32,000 nt of DNA from Candidatus Nanopusillus sp. (GCA_049414405.1 JBMSAQ010000002.1:1-32000); one strand, 5' to 3'. Shown: positions 16,271-25,546, counted from the stretch's first letter. Notes: generated from the sequence alone by a model not told the origin. Numbers and translations: made by a program.

Positions 16271-17767
16271 ATGGACATTAAATCATTATTAAAAAACTGG
16301 AGAGTTTTAATATTCATTATAATTCTTATAGCATCTTCGATATTTGTTACTTATGCATTAACTAGTAAAAGAGTGGAAGTTTCTTCTAGCACTATTCTAC
16401 CAAATGGTACATATATATATTCAATAAATGGTTGTCAAGTAAATTCAATAAATTCTTATTATGCATGTATATATGATAATATTAATTCTTCATTTTTACA
16501 AATAAGTACAGGTAGTGGGAATATTATTTTAGAACCACATCAATATCATTTATTAATAAATGAAACAAATATCATACAAACTTCTTTAATATCTTATGGA
16601 ATAGATATTGCTGGAGGTTATTTATTAATATTAAATTCTTCAAAACCATTAACGCCACACGAATTATCTGTTGCAGCACAGATAATTGAAAGGAGATTAA
16701 ACTCTATTGGCGTTAAAGCAATAAATATATATCCAACATCTGAAGGATATATAATTATTCAATTACCATATTCTGAAAGAGATTTGATTCCTTATATAAC
16801 TAGTCAAGGGGAATTCTATGCAAAAATTGGTAACACAACTGTATTCACAGGCTCTGATATAAAACCATTATTTGGTGGACAATATTCTGGTTTACTAGGA
16901 TGTTCTCCAGTTGGTAATCAATATGTATGTACATATTATTTTACATTATTATTATCACAAGAAGCTGCTAATAATTTTGCAAAAGCTACGCAAAATTTAT
17001 CAGTAGTGCTACAAGCTGGTGGAGCATATTTAAGTGAGCCGATAGTATTCTATTTAGATAACCAAAATGTATCAACATTATTAATTGCTGCAAATTTAAA
17101 AGGTTCAAATACCCAACAAGTTAGTATTCAAGTATCTGGAATTGGAAATACTTTAGCACAAGCAAAAAATAATGCATATGAGCAAGCATATAATTTATAC
17201 ATAATATTGGAAAGTGGACAATTACCTTCAAAGTTTAATATAGTTCAAGAATCTGTAATTCCACCAGTATTTGGATATTACGTATTAAAATCTTTTGAAT
17301 TAGTGATACTATTAATATTTATTGGGATATTTGCAATACTGTATGCAGTATATAGAAATATAAAGGTACCGACTTTACTTACATTGATATTAATATCAGA
17401 ATTTTTAATCTCGTTTGCAATAGGCATCGCACTACGTCAGACATTTGATATTCCAGCATTTATTGGTATTATATTTGGAACTGCAACTGGTATAGACGAT
17501 CAACTAGTAGCTATTGATGAAATACTAAGAGCAAAAAAAGAAAAAAATACTGAAGTAAAAGAAACGGAAAGATTGGAGAAAGCAATTAAAAAAGCCATGT
17601 TTGTTGTACTGTTAGCAGTTGTATTGGAAAGTTTATCAGCATTTCCAGCATTTGTAGCAGGTTTATCATTATATAAGGGATTTGCAGTTATGTTAATAAT
17701 TACAGTGTGGGTCGGATATCTAATAACAAGGCCAGCATTTATTAATTTAGCAAAAAATTTACTCTAA
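16271..17767 (+). CDS. secD: SecD-like protein-export membrane protein
   Basis: N-terminal TM helix, a large periplasmic-type domain with GIDIAGG, and a C-terminal bundle of TM helices (…GTATGIDDQLVAIDEILR…). No adjacent secF. Confidence 0.7.
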   Translation: MDIKSLLKNWRVLIFIIILIASSIFVTYALTSKRVEVSSSTILPNGTYIYSINGCQVNSINSYYACIYDNINSSFLQISTGSGNIILEPHQYHLLINETNIIQTSLISYGIDIAGGYLLILNSSKPLTPHELSVAAQIIERRLNSIGVKAINIYPTSEGYIIIQLPYSERDLIPYITSQGEFYAKIGNTTVFTGSDIKPLFGGQYSGLLGCSPVGNQYVCTYYFTLLLSQEAANNFAKATQNLSVVLQAGGAYLSEPIVFYLDNQNVSTLLIAANLKGSNTQQVSIQVSGIGNTLAQAKNNAYEQAYNLYIILESGQLPSKFNIVQESVIPPVFGYYVLKSFELVILLIFIGIFAILYAVYRNIKVPTLLTLILISEFLISFAIGIALRQTFDIPAFIGIIFGTATGIDDQLVAIDEILRAKKEKNTEVKETERLEKAIKKAMFVVLLAVVLESLSAFPAFVAGLSLYKGFAVMLIITVWVGYLITRPAFINLAKNLL

Positions 17768-18595
17768 CTTTTTATAATAATCTCTCATTCTAATTGCATC
17801 TTCTTCAATATTTGGAGATTCTGAAATTACAATGCCCTTAATCCTATATTCTTTTAATAATTTTAATATATCTTTCCAAGGCATATCAGATTCTTCTAAA
17901 TTTAGATGTGTACCTTTTTTATCTAAAGCTATACCAGACATGTGAATATGCATATTGTCCAATGCTTCTCTTCCAAGTTCATTTTCTATTTTATCCAATA
18001 TTTCTCTAAAGCACTCTATATCATTTCTATTACTTCTATATCTTAAATGGGCAAAATCTACTGCAGGTAAAACATTCTCTATATCTTGAGATAATTTTAT
18101 TATTTCATCCATATCACCAAATTTTTTTGATAATTCCATCGTTTCAGGTCTTATATAAATATCAATACTTTCATCATTTAATTTATTCATTAATTTTTTT
18201 AAATTCTCCTTTATTACGTTATATGTCTCCTCCTTTGAATTATTTAAGTACCAACCCGGATGAAAAACAACAGAATACCCTCCAGATAAGTAAAGTAATC
18301 TAGCAGCACTATATAACATATTTATTGATTTATTTATTTTTGATTCTTCAGTAGAATTTAAATTAATATAATATGGAGCATGACATGTTAATATAAATTC
18401 TTTATCTTTTAGATATTCATTTATATTATATGCAACATCTTCTCTTAACTTTACACCATATGTAAATTCTATTTCAAATCCATCTAAATTCAATTCTTTA
18501 TATGTATACATAATCCCGTTTAATGTATCTCTTTTTTTAGAAGATAATGGAACTCCTGCAGGACCAAAATGCAATTTTTTTGGATGTTTTACCAT
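17759..18595 (-). CDS. nfo: Endonuclease IV (AP endonuclease family 2, TIM barrel)
   Basis: Metal-ligand blocks CHAPYYINL, VFHPG, RPETME, VDFAHL, HIHMSG, ISESP. 278 aa. Confidence 0.85.
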   Translation of the reverse strand: MVKHPKKLHFGPAGVPLSSKKRDTLNGIMYTYKELNLDGFEIEFTYGVKLREDVAYNINEYLKDKEFILTCHAPYYINLNSTEESKINKSINMLYSAARLLYLSGGYSVVFHPGWYLNNSKEETYNVIKENLKKLMNKLNDESIDIYIRPETMELSKKFGDMDEIIKLSQDIENVLPAVDFAHLRYRSNRNDIECFREILDKIENELGREALDNMHIHMSGIALDKKGTHLNLEESDMPWKDILKLLKEYRIKGIVISESPNIEEDAIRMRDYYKKLE

Positions 18596-18727
18596 AATGT
18601 TATTATAATACTTTTAGTTTAAAATATATTTTTTCATAAGAACTTATCAAAAGCAATAATAGATAACATAATACCTATGACCATAAAAAGTATTTTTAAC
18701 ATTTTTAATATAGATATAACATTAAAT

Positions 18728-19459
18728 TTATACTTTTCTAAATAATACTAAAAATTCTGTATGAACCAATTCCAAGTTTTTTGGTCTAAGAACTTTTCCC
18801 TTTTCATATATCCATTTTCTATAAAAATTCTCATATACTCCAATAAACAAAAATCTATTATTTGAATCTAATAACTTTAATACAGAAGTTATGTTTGGTA
18901 AAAAAGATACCAGATATCTTCCAAATTTTAATGAATTATAAGCATGATCTAAGGTATTCCATGGATCTGGTATATCCAATATTATTAAATCTACGTCTTT
19001 TTCATCAATTCCCTCATTAATATTCTTTAATTTTAGTTCAACATAATCTAATAATTTTAATTTTTCCAGATTTTTCTTTGCAATATCATAAAAATCTTCC
19101 CTAATTTCATATGAATATACCTTTCCATTTGGTCTTATAGAATTTGCCAAATATGATGTCAATATTCCAGAACCAGTTCCTCCTTCTACAATTCTCATTC
19201 CAGGATGGATATTTACTAAAGAATATAATAATCCCATATCTTTTTCATGAATTGCTTGAGGTCCTCTTTTTAAATATTTGACTAAATCATTAAAATTATC
19301 TTCCAATATTAAAAATTCCTCATTTAAATGGGACTTAATTATACTACCAGGTTCTTTATTTAGATCTTCCTTTTTTATTATTCCAAAATTTGTATTAAAA
19401 TCTCTATCTTTATTTTCTACATAAAATTTTTTGCCGGTCTTTCTATGAATTATTATCAT
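18728..19459 (-). CDS. trmI: tRNA (adenine-N1)-methyltransferase TrmI/Gcd14 family
   Basis: SAM motif VEGGTGSGILTSYLA, DLIILDIPDPW and an N-terminal small beta domain. 243 aa. Confidence 0.85.
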   Translation of the reverse strand: MIIIHRKTGKKFYVENKDRDFNTNFGIIKKEDLNKEPGSIIKSHLNEEFLILEDNFNDLVKYLKRGPQAIHEKDMGLLYSLVNIHPGMRIVEGGTGSGILTSYLANSIRPNGKVYSYEIREDFYDIAKKNLEKLKLLDYVELKLKNINEGIDEKDVDLIILDIPDPWNTLDHAYNSLKFGRYLVSFLPNITSVLKLLDSNNRFLFIGVYENFYRKWIYEKGKVLRPKNLELVHTEFLVLFRKV

Positions 19460-19638
19460 GAATATTTCATAATATAGAAAAATATATGAAAAATTATGAT
19501 AATATTATTTATAAAACTTTTATCTACGATCATTCCATAATGATGATATCAAAATATTTAAAAATAATCAAAATAAATTTATATATTCTTTGAAGAAATA
19601 ATAATATTTATATATTTTACTATTGTTATTATTTAGTA

Positions 19639-20481
19639 ATGAATAAATATTCATATGATTTAGACAGTATTATAAGAGATAGTTTTAAAGGAACTATAAA
19701 ATATCTTAGAGATAACGGTATAAATAATAGAGAGCCAATATTAAGAATAACAAACTCTTCTTATTTAAATGAAAATACATTAATCTATCTAGCAATTACC
19801 ACAATCCTCTCTTATAATGAAATTTCTAATATATTAGAATACGATATCAATTATATACCAGTATCACCTTTAATATGGACTGCTATATTATTCTGGACGT
19901 TATGGAGATTTAGTATATCCTATGGAATATACGTACCAATAATGAAAACAATTTATATTATAAAAGATCCATTAAAGAGGGATATAGATAGAATACTAGA
20001 TAATCTTAGTTCGAGAAACATAAGTGGACCTTCTATTATTCGTATAAAGTCATCAGAACATAGTGTAGTAATCTATCCGGTATACACGGATGGAAATAAT
20101 ATAGAAGATGCTGTAACAAAATCCATGATTGATATTGTAATGAATCATGAGACCACACATTCTATTGTTGGTATAAGTGAACTAAAAGCTTCTGCTTTAG
20201 AATATATATTATATTTTTATAAAAATAAATTATACACGTACCCCAAAATCTATGAAATTATAGAAGAAAATGTCAAAAGATGTAAAAAATATGTTGAAGA
20301 AACTAAAAAATACGATCCTTATGATTTAGGAAAATGCTATGCAAATATTATTATAAATGAAAATAAACAATCACCAAACATAAATATAAAAAATATAATA
20401 AGAAAAATTAAACATTTATCTAAAAAAGATGTTATAAATATAATAAAAAATTATAATATTAATCAAAACTTAAAAATTTAA
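19639..20481 (+). CDS. Hypothetical protein with hydrophobic segment and HExxH motif (putative metallopeptidase)
   Basis: 280 aa. Hydrophobic region PLIWTAILFWTLWRFSISYGIYVPIM. VMNHETTHSIVGISELKASALE contains HExxH with downstream Glu residues. No family recognised. Confidence 0.45.
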   Translation: MNKYSYDLDSIIRDSFKGTIKYLRDNGINNREPILRITNSSYLNENTLIYLAITTILSYNEISNILEYDINYIPVSPLIWTAILFWTLWRFSISYGIYVPIMKTIYIIKDPLKRDIDRILDNLSSRNISGPSIIRIKSSEHSVVIYPVYTDGNNIEDAVTKSMIDIVMNHETTHSIVGISELKASALEYILYFYKNKLYTYPKIYEIIEENVKRCKKYVEETKKYDPYDLGKCYANIIINENKQSPNINIKNIIRKIKHLSKKDVINIIKNYNINQNLKI

Positions 20482-20588
20482 AAATATTTTTTAAATTAGT
20501 TTATATATGAACTTTGATCGGAAGATTTAATGACGAAGATTTTTCTATTGATAAATTCTATAAATCAAATTTTATAATCAATTATGCT

Positions 20589-22139
20589 ATGGAGGACAAA
20601 GACTCACTCAAAACTGGTTTGGAAATAGATATCGTAGATAGATTAAAAGTGCTAGAAAGAATGAAAGAAAAAGGTTATAATCCATATCCATATGGGTTTG
20701 ATAAGACGAATGATATAAAGGAAATAGTAGATGAACCTGATAAATTCATGGATAAATATGTTAAAATTGCTGGAAGAGTTTATTCAATTAGAAAACATGG
20801 CGGAATTGCATTTTATGATATAAAAGAAGAAGGTTATAAAATACAGGCTGTTATTAAAAAAGATATAACAAAAAATTTTGAAGATGCATACGAATTTATT
20901 CAAAGAGGAGATATAATTGGTGTATATGGAAAAATAGGAAGAACAAAAGCCGGAGAATTATCGGTATTTGCTGAGGATTGGGTTATATTAACAAAAGCAT
21001 TAGTTTCCTTACCAGATCAATGGTATGGATTTAGTGATGTAGAAGAAAGATATAGAAAAAGATATTTAGATTTATTAATGAATGATGATGTAAGAAAATA
21101 TTTTGAAATAAGATTTAAAGCAATAAGTTATATTAGGAAATATTTTGAAAATTTAGGATATATAGAAGTACAAACACCAGTATTACAACCAATATACGGA
21201 GGGGCAAATGCAAAACCATTTATTACATATGTAAATGATTTAAAAGAAAATTGGTATCTTAGAATTGCTACAGAACTGTATTTAAAAAGGTATATGGTTG
21301 GAGGATTTAATAAAATATTTGAAATCGGACCTGATTTTAGAAATGAATCAATAGATGTAACCCATAATCCAGAATTTATAATGTTAGAAGCATATGAAAC
21401 ATATGCAAACAGAGATAAAATGATGGAAATAGTAGAAAATTTAATATATGGAATTGCAAAGGATGTTATTGGAAAGGACTATGTTGAATATAATGGTAAA
21501 AAAATATCATTGAAACCACCTTGGAAAAGGTTAACAATGTATGATGCATTAAAGGAATATGCAAATATAGATGTAACAAAACTATCAGATGATGAAATAA
21601 TAGAAATAATGAAACAAAATAATATTCAATTGGAATTAAAAGAGTATAACAGAGGTTTAGCAATTACCACATTATTTGAAGAATTGGTTGAAGATAAATT
21701 AATAGAACCAACGTATATTATAGAACATCCAAGGGAGAGTACACCCTTATGTAAATTAAGTAGGAAAGACCCTTCTTTAGTTGAAAGGGCTGAAGGATAT
21801 ATATTAGGAGTAGAAGTTGCAAACATATATTCTGAATTAAATGATCCAATATTACAAAATAGATTATTATTAGAACAGGCAAAAATGAGAGAATTGGGTT
21901 TTGAAGAAGCACATCTATATGATCAAGATTTTATAGAAGCACTAATGTATGGAATGCCGCCTGCTGGAGGAATTGGAATAGGTATAGATAGAGTAATAAT
22001 GTTATTATTAGGAATAAAAAGTATAAAAGAAATATTACCATTTCCAATGGTTAAGAAAAAAACAGAAAGCGAAGCTGTAAAAATATTGACAAAATATACA
22101 ATAGAAAATCCAATTGTAAAAGGTTATGAAAAATATTGA
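20589..22139 (+). CDS. lysS: Lysyl-tRNA synthetase, class II
   Basis: OB-fold anticodon-binding domain (VKIAGRVYSIRKHGGIAFYDI), RYRKRYLDLLMN, motif 2 FRNESIDVTHNPEFIMLEAY, motif 3 GGIGIGIDRVIMLL. The track start at 20514 is a TTG; the first ATG (MEDKDSL) is at 20589. Confidence 0.93.
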   Translation: MEDKDSLKTGLEIDIVDRLKVLERMKEKGYNPYPYGFDKTNDIKEIVDEPDKFMDKYVKIAGRVYSIRKHGGIAFYDIKEEGYKIQAVIKKDITKNFEDAYEFIQRGDIIGVYGKIGRTKAGELSVFAEDWVILTKALVSLPDQWYGFSDVEERYRKRYLDLLMNDDVRKYFEIRFKAISYIRKYFENLGYIEVQTPVLQPIYGGANAKPFITYVNDLKENWYLRIATELYLKRYMVGGFNKIFEIGPDFRNESIDVTHNPEFIMLEAYETYANRDKMMEIVENLIYGIAKDVIGKDYVEYNGKKISLKPPWKRLTMYDALKEYANIDVTKLSDDEIIEIMKQNNIQLELKEYNRGLAITTLFEELVEDKLIEPTYIIEHPRESTPLCKLSRKDPSLVERAEGYILGVEVANIYSELNDPILQNRLLLEQAKMRELGFEEAHLYDQDFIEALMYGMPPAGGIGIGIDRVIMLLLGIKSIKEILPFPMVKKKTESEAVKILTKYTIENPIVKGYEKY

Positions 22140-22218
22140 GCCATTTCAACTCCAACTTTTTTAACATGCCATAACCTTTTTCTTCATTTTATTTAATAAT
22201 TCTCTATATTTATATAAA

Positions 22219-22302
22219 CGCCGCGGGTGGGATTTGAACCCACGCCCCCTTTCGGGGATATGGTCTCAAGCCATACCCCTTGGACCACTCGGGCACCGCG
22301 GC
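22219..22302 (-). tRNA. tRNA-Ser (anticodon UGA), type II with long variable arm
   Basis: Hand-folded: GCCGCGG/CCGCGGC acceptor, 3-bp D stem, TATGG/CCATA anticodon stem, loop CTTGAGA, variable arm CCCC-GAAA-GGGG, GTGGG-TTCAAAT-CCCAC T arm, discriminator G. 84 nt, no intron, no encoded CCA. Confidence 0.95.
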
Positions 22303-22321
22303 ATATAAATAATTTTGATCT

Positions 22322-22630
22322 TTATACAATTTTAAAATATTTGGGTTTTAAATATTCTAATAAATCATGGACTATACTTGATAAATCAAAATTATCTGAA
22401 GAAATATGTATAAAACAATAATCAATTCTCTCCCAATAATTTAATGCAATAGTAAACTTATTTGTATCAAATAAAAATGATGAAAATTTTTCCTTATCTG
22501 ATATTATTATCCTTTTATTATTTATTACTAGTTTATACTTATCAATTAAATAATCAAAAAATTTATATATATCTTGTTCAGAAAATAAAAAGTTGTTTCC
22601 TATTCCATTAAGAATTAGCTTTACTTCCAT
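22322..22630 (-). CDS. Hypothetical 102-aa protein coupled to herA
   Basis: The start overlaps the herA 3' end by 23 nt. No recognisable motif. Ends 19 nt before tRNA-Ser. Confidence 0.5.
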   Translation of the reverse strand: MEVKLILNGIGNNFLFSEQDIYKFFDYLIDKYKLVINNKRIIISDKEKFSSFLFDTNKFTIALNYWERIDYCFIHISSDNFDLSSIVHDLLEYLKPKYFKIV

Positions 22631-24245
22631 ATAATATTCTCTCTCTTATTATATTATCTATATCTTCTTCTGTTCCACCAACTTCTACAGATTTTATTAC
22701 CTTTAATATTGCTGGATTCTTTAATGCTAACCCAACTGCTAAACATGAACCAGTTTCTAATTTTGTTAATGCTTCAAAATATTCTCTAGATAAATATGGA
22801 CATGTTTTTCTTATGAATTCTAAATCTTTTGGATTGATTATTTTTAATAAAATAAATGTATTTAATTGAGATGTAATATCTTCAATAATATTAGAAGGTA
22901 CTTGGGATACCAAAATTAATCCTAAACCAAACTTTCTTCCTTCTCTTACAATTAAAGATATTCTTGAAGATACTTCACTATTTTTAGATGCAAATCTATG
23001 TGCTTCTTCGATTACAATTCCCAGTATGTCTGTTTTATTATTAAATTTCCAAGATTTGTATTTTTCATATACAATTTCTAATAATATATCTATTAATATT
23101 CTTTGTTCTTCTATTGATAAAGGATATAAATCAAATATAATCACCTTTGGAATAAATTTGTTAAATTCTTCTAAATACACTTCCCCATTTTCTTCTTTAA
23201 CTATATTATAATCTGAAATACTGAAATTTCTAATATCTTCTAATAATTTATTAAATAAGTCATCCACATTTTCGCCCATATCATCTACATTTCTTGGAAA
23301 TAACATCCAATCTTTTATTCTTAACAATCTTGATTGCAAAGATCTTATTACATCTTCTCTATTTTTATATTTTTCAAATATTTGTGGAGGATCTCTTTTA
23401 TTTACCATTTCTAACAATTCATCCATGAATTTTGGCGCTCTTCCCTCTTCTAATGATAAAATTCTATATAATAAGGAATACACATGAGGGGCTTGTTTTC
23501 CAGATATTCCCAAAAAACTTTCCATATAATCTTTTATATACTTTAATGGTAATTTTGCATTATATACTATTACATTTTTCTTATTTCTTTCACTTATTAA
23601 TTTTTCAATAAATACTTTTTCCCTTTTACTAAATGTTATTATTATAGAATTTTCAAACGATAATATATAATCTCTATGAATATCAAATAACAATATTGGT
23701 ATATTTTTCTTTGATAACTCACTTATTATGTGAGCAACAGTTGTACTTTTTCCAGAACCTGTTATTCCAAATATACCGGTGTGTCTTATAATTAAATTTT
23801 TTATATTTAAATCTACAATAAATTCCTTATTTTGTAAATTTATTTTTCCTAATGGTATTGATAATACTTTTTCCTCAAATGAATATATTTTACTTACCTC
23901 TTCCTCTTCTGGTAAGAATACTTCGTCCCCGGGAACTGGCGGTGTTTTTGGTTTCTCCTGTAATATTTTTCCATTTTTTATTACACCGACAAATATGGCT
24001 TTTCCAATTATTAAATATTGAGATTTTTTTATTTGTCCATATAATAATTCTATTGCTTCATAATCAAACAATCTTTCTTCTTCAATTGCCTCTGATTTTA
24101 AATCTTCAATTATCCCAAAATAGAAAGAATCGCCAATTCTTAATTTAACTATACTTCCTATGCCGACCGAATATCTTTCCTCTGGATCAACAACAAAATA
24201 AAAATATTCTGATGTAGCTTCTTTTATAACATAGCCAACTTTCAT
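22608..24245 (-). CDS. herA: HerA-type (DUF87, FtsK/HerA superfamily) hexameric ATPase/helicase
   Basis: N-terminal HAS-barrel-like MKVGYVIKEATSEYFYFVV...GSIVKL. Walker A GITGSGKST, Walker B GIVIEEAHRF, REGRKFGLGLILVSQ. I prefer the ATG at 24245 over the track start at 24308, which would overlap rps13. Confidence 0.85.
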   Translation of the reverse strand: MKVGYVIKEATSEYFYFVVDPEERYSVGIGSIVKLRIGDSFYFGIIEDLKSEAIEEERLFDYEAIELLYGQIKKSQYLIIGKAIFVGVIKNGKILQEKPKTPPVPGDEVFLPEEEEVSKIYSFEEKVLSIPLGKINLQNKEFIVDLNIKNLIIRHTGIFGITGSGKSTTVAHIISELSKKNIPILLFDIHRDYILSFENSIIITFSKREKVFIEKLISERNKKNVIVYNAKLPLKYIKDYMESFLGISGKQAPHVYSLLYRILSLEEGRAPKFMDELLEMVNKRDPPQIFEKYKNREDVIRSLQSRLLRIKDWMLFPRNVDDMGENVDDLFNKLLEDIRNFSISDYNIVKEENGEVYLEEFNKFIPKVIIFDLYPLSIEEQRILIDILLEIVYEKYKSWKFNNKTDILGIVIEEAHRFASKNSEVSSRISLIVREGRKFGLGLILVSQVPSNIIEDITSQLNTFILLKIINPKDLEFIRKTCPYLSREYFEALTKLETGSCLAVGLALKNPAILKVIKSVEVGGTEEDIDNIIRERILYGSKANS

Positions 24246-24265
24246 AGATGTATATTTATAATATA

Positions 24266-24274
24266 CTTTTAAAC
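24266..24274. promoter_or_regulatory. Central quasi-palindromic TATA-like element (CTTTTAAAC) between herA and rps13
   Basis: The TTTAAA core centre (24270.5) equals the midpoint between the divergent start codons at 24245 and 24296, about 25 nt from each. Other AT-rich candidates exist in the spacer. Confidence 0.3.
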
Positions 24275-24295
24275 ATTTTTTATCTAAATATTTTA

Positions 24296-24808
24296 ATGCC
24301 TGGTGCACTTAAAGTAATAATACCTGAAGGTAGAACATTAAGAGATGTTATACGTATTGTAGGAGTAGAATTAAATGGACATAAACCAATAATTGTAGAA
24401 TTAAAAAAGATACCTGGTGTAAATTGGAGATTTGCTAATGCTGTATGTAGTGTACTAAAGATAAATAAATGGCAAGCTTTGGGATCTTTAACAGATGAAG
24501 AATTAGAAAAATTAGAAGATTGCTTAAAAAGACCACAAAATCATGGTATACCTGCCTGGATGTTAAACAGAAGGAGAGATTCTAGAGATGGTCGGGATAA
24601 ACATTTGGTAGGACCTGATTGGGAAATTCAAGTAAAAATGGATATAAAAGATGAAATTGAATTGAAAACATGGAGAGGAAACAGACATATGTATAAATTA
24701 CCTGTTAGAGGACAAAAAACAAGATCTCATCATAGAAGAGGTTCCACTGTTGGTGTAATAAAGAATAAAGAATTAAGAGCTCAACAAAAATCTGAAAATA
24801 AAAAGTAA
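24296..24808 (+). CDS. rps13: 30S ribosomal protein S13 (uS13)
   Basis: IVGVELNGHKPIIVELKKIPGVNWRFANAV..., RG.RH...LPVRGQKTR. The first plausible ATG (MPGAL...) is at 24296; the track start at 24248 is an upstream extension. Confidence 0.9.
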   Translation: MPGALKVIIPEGRTLRDVIRIVGVELNGHKPIIVELKKIPGVNWRFANAVCSVLKINKWQALGSLTDEELEKLEDCLKRPQNHGIPAWMLNRRRDSRDGRDKHLVGPDWEIQVKMDIKDEIELKTWRGNRHMYKLPVRGQKTRSHHRRGSTVGVIKNKELRAQQKSENKK

Positions 24809-24809
24809 A

Positions 24810-25373
24810 ATGTGGAGAAATAGAAAAATCTGGGAAGGTCCAACTCATCCTTGGCAAAAAGATAGATTAGAAGAAGAAAGACAATTATTAAAGCAATACG
24901 GACTAAAAAATAAAAGAGAATTATGGAAAGCTTCTACAATTGCTAGAAAAATAAGATTCTATGTTAGATACTTAAATGCTAAAAAAGCTGCTGGAGTAGA
25001 TGTATCAAAAGAAGAAGAAAAATTAAAAAATAAGTTAGCTAGACTTGGATTATTAAACAAAACTTCTGATATAAGTGAAGCTTTAAACATAACAGTAAGA
25101 GAAATATTGGAAAGAAGGTTACAAACAATTGTATTTAGAAAAGGTTTAGCAAAAACAATAAAACAGGCAAGACAACTAATTGTACATAGACATATCGCTA
25201 TAGGTGATAAAGTAATAGCATCTCCTGGCTACTTAGTTAAGATTGATGAAGAGGATAAAATAGGATATAATCCTTATTCAAATATAAATAAAGAGAAATT
25301 ACTAGGCCAAAGTATAGATAAGAAAGAAAATAAAGAATCGGCCGTACAAGAGGTTAATCAAACTTTTCAATAA
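24810..25373 (+). CDS. rps4: 30S ribosomal protein S4 (uS4)
   Basis: THPWQKDRLEEE..LL.QYGLKNKRELWK, and an S4 RNA-binding domain RRLQTIVFRKGLAKTIKQARQLIVHRHIAIGDKVIASPGYLV. Starts 1 nt after the S13 stop. Confidence 0.9.
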   Translation: MWRNRKIWEGPTHPWQKDRLEEERQLLKQYGLKNKRELWKASTIARKIRFYVRYLNAKKAAGVDVSKEEEKLKNKLARLGLLNKTSDISEALNITVREILERRLQTIVFRKGLAKTIKQARQLIVHRHIAIGDKVIASPGYLVKIDEEDKIGYNPYSNINKEKLLGQSIDKKENKESAVQEVNQTFQ

Positions 25374-25546
25374 TCAATCTTTTTCACTTTTTCTTTAAAA
25401 TTTTCCTTAATATTTTAGATATACACTGTCATCCAATCTTCATACATTTATAAATATGCTAACTATAATAATATAGAAAAATTTATTAATAAATATTTAA
25501 AAATTCCAGAGTTGTATATATATGGGTTTTTATTATACAAAATTTT

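Noticed and set aside
19539-19546. C-box-like AATGATGA in the trmI / orf280 divergent spacer, as a possible C/D box sRNA.
   Set aside because: No CTGA D or D' box and no second C' box at appropriate spacing downstream. The surrounding sequence is pure AT-rich promoter-like DNA. Other TGATGA occurrences lie inside coding regions.
20514-20588. N-terminal extensions proposed by the ORF track: lysS TTG-20514, Sm TTG-47, rps13 24248, herA 24308 and the kaiC-like gene 28091.
   Set aside because: The extensions add non-conserved, hydrophobic or low-complexity residues. Several would make divergent genes overlap at their 5' ends. Downstream ATGs give canonical N-termini and place TATA-like elements ~25 nt upstream.
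22227-22421. 64-aa plus-strand ORF (MGFEPTPPFGDM...).
   Set aside because: Its first third is the antisense of tRNA-Ser (22219-22302). It is an artefact of the GC-rich tRNA sequence.
25374-25546. The 173-nt spacer between rps4 and cbf5, as a possible H/ACA guide RNA next to cbf5 or a missing rps11.
   Set aside because: The region is AT-rich with no GC-supported hairpin, K-turn or ACA arrangement. This contrasts with the GC-rich tRNAs in the same window. It has only 6-13 codon ORFs. Most simply it is a terminator plus promoter region.
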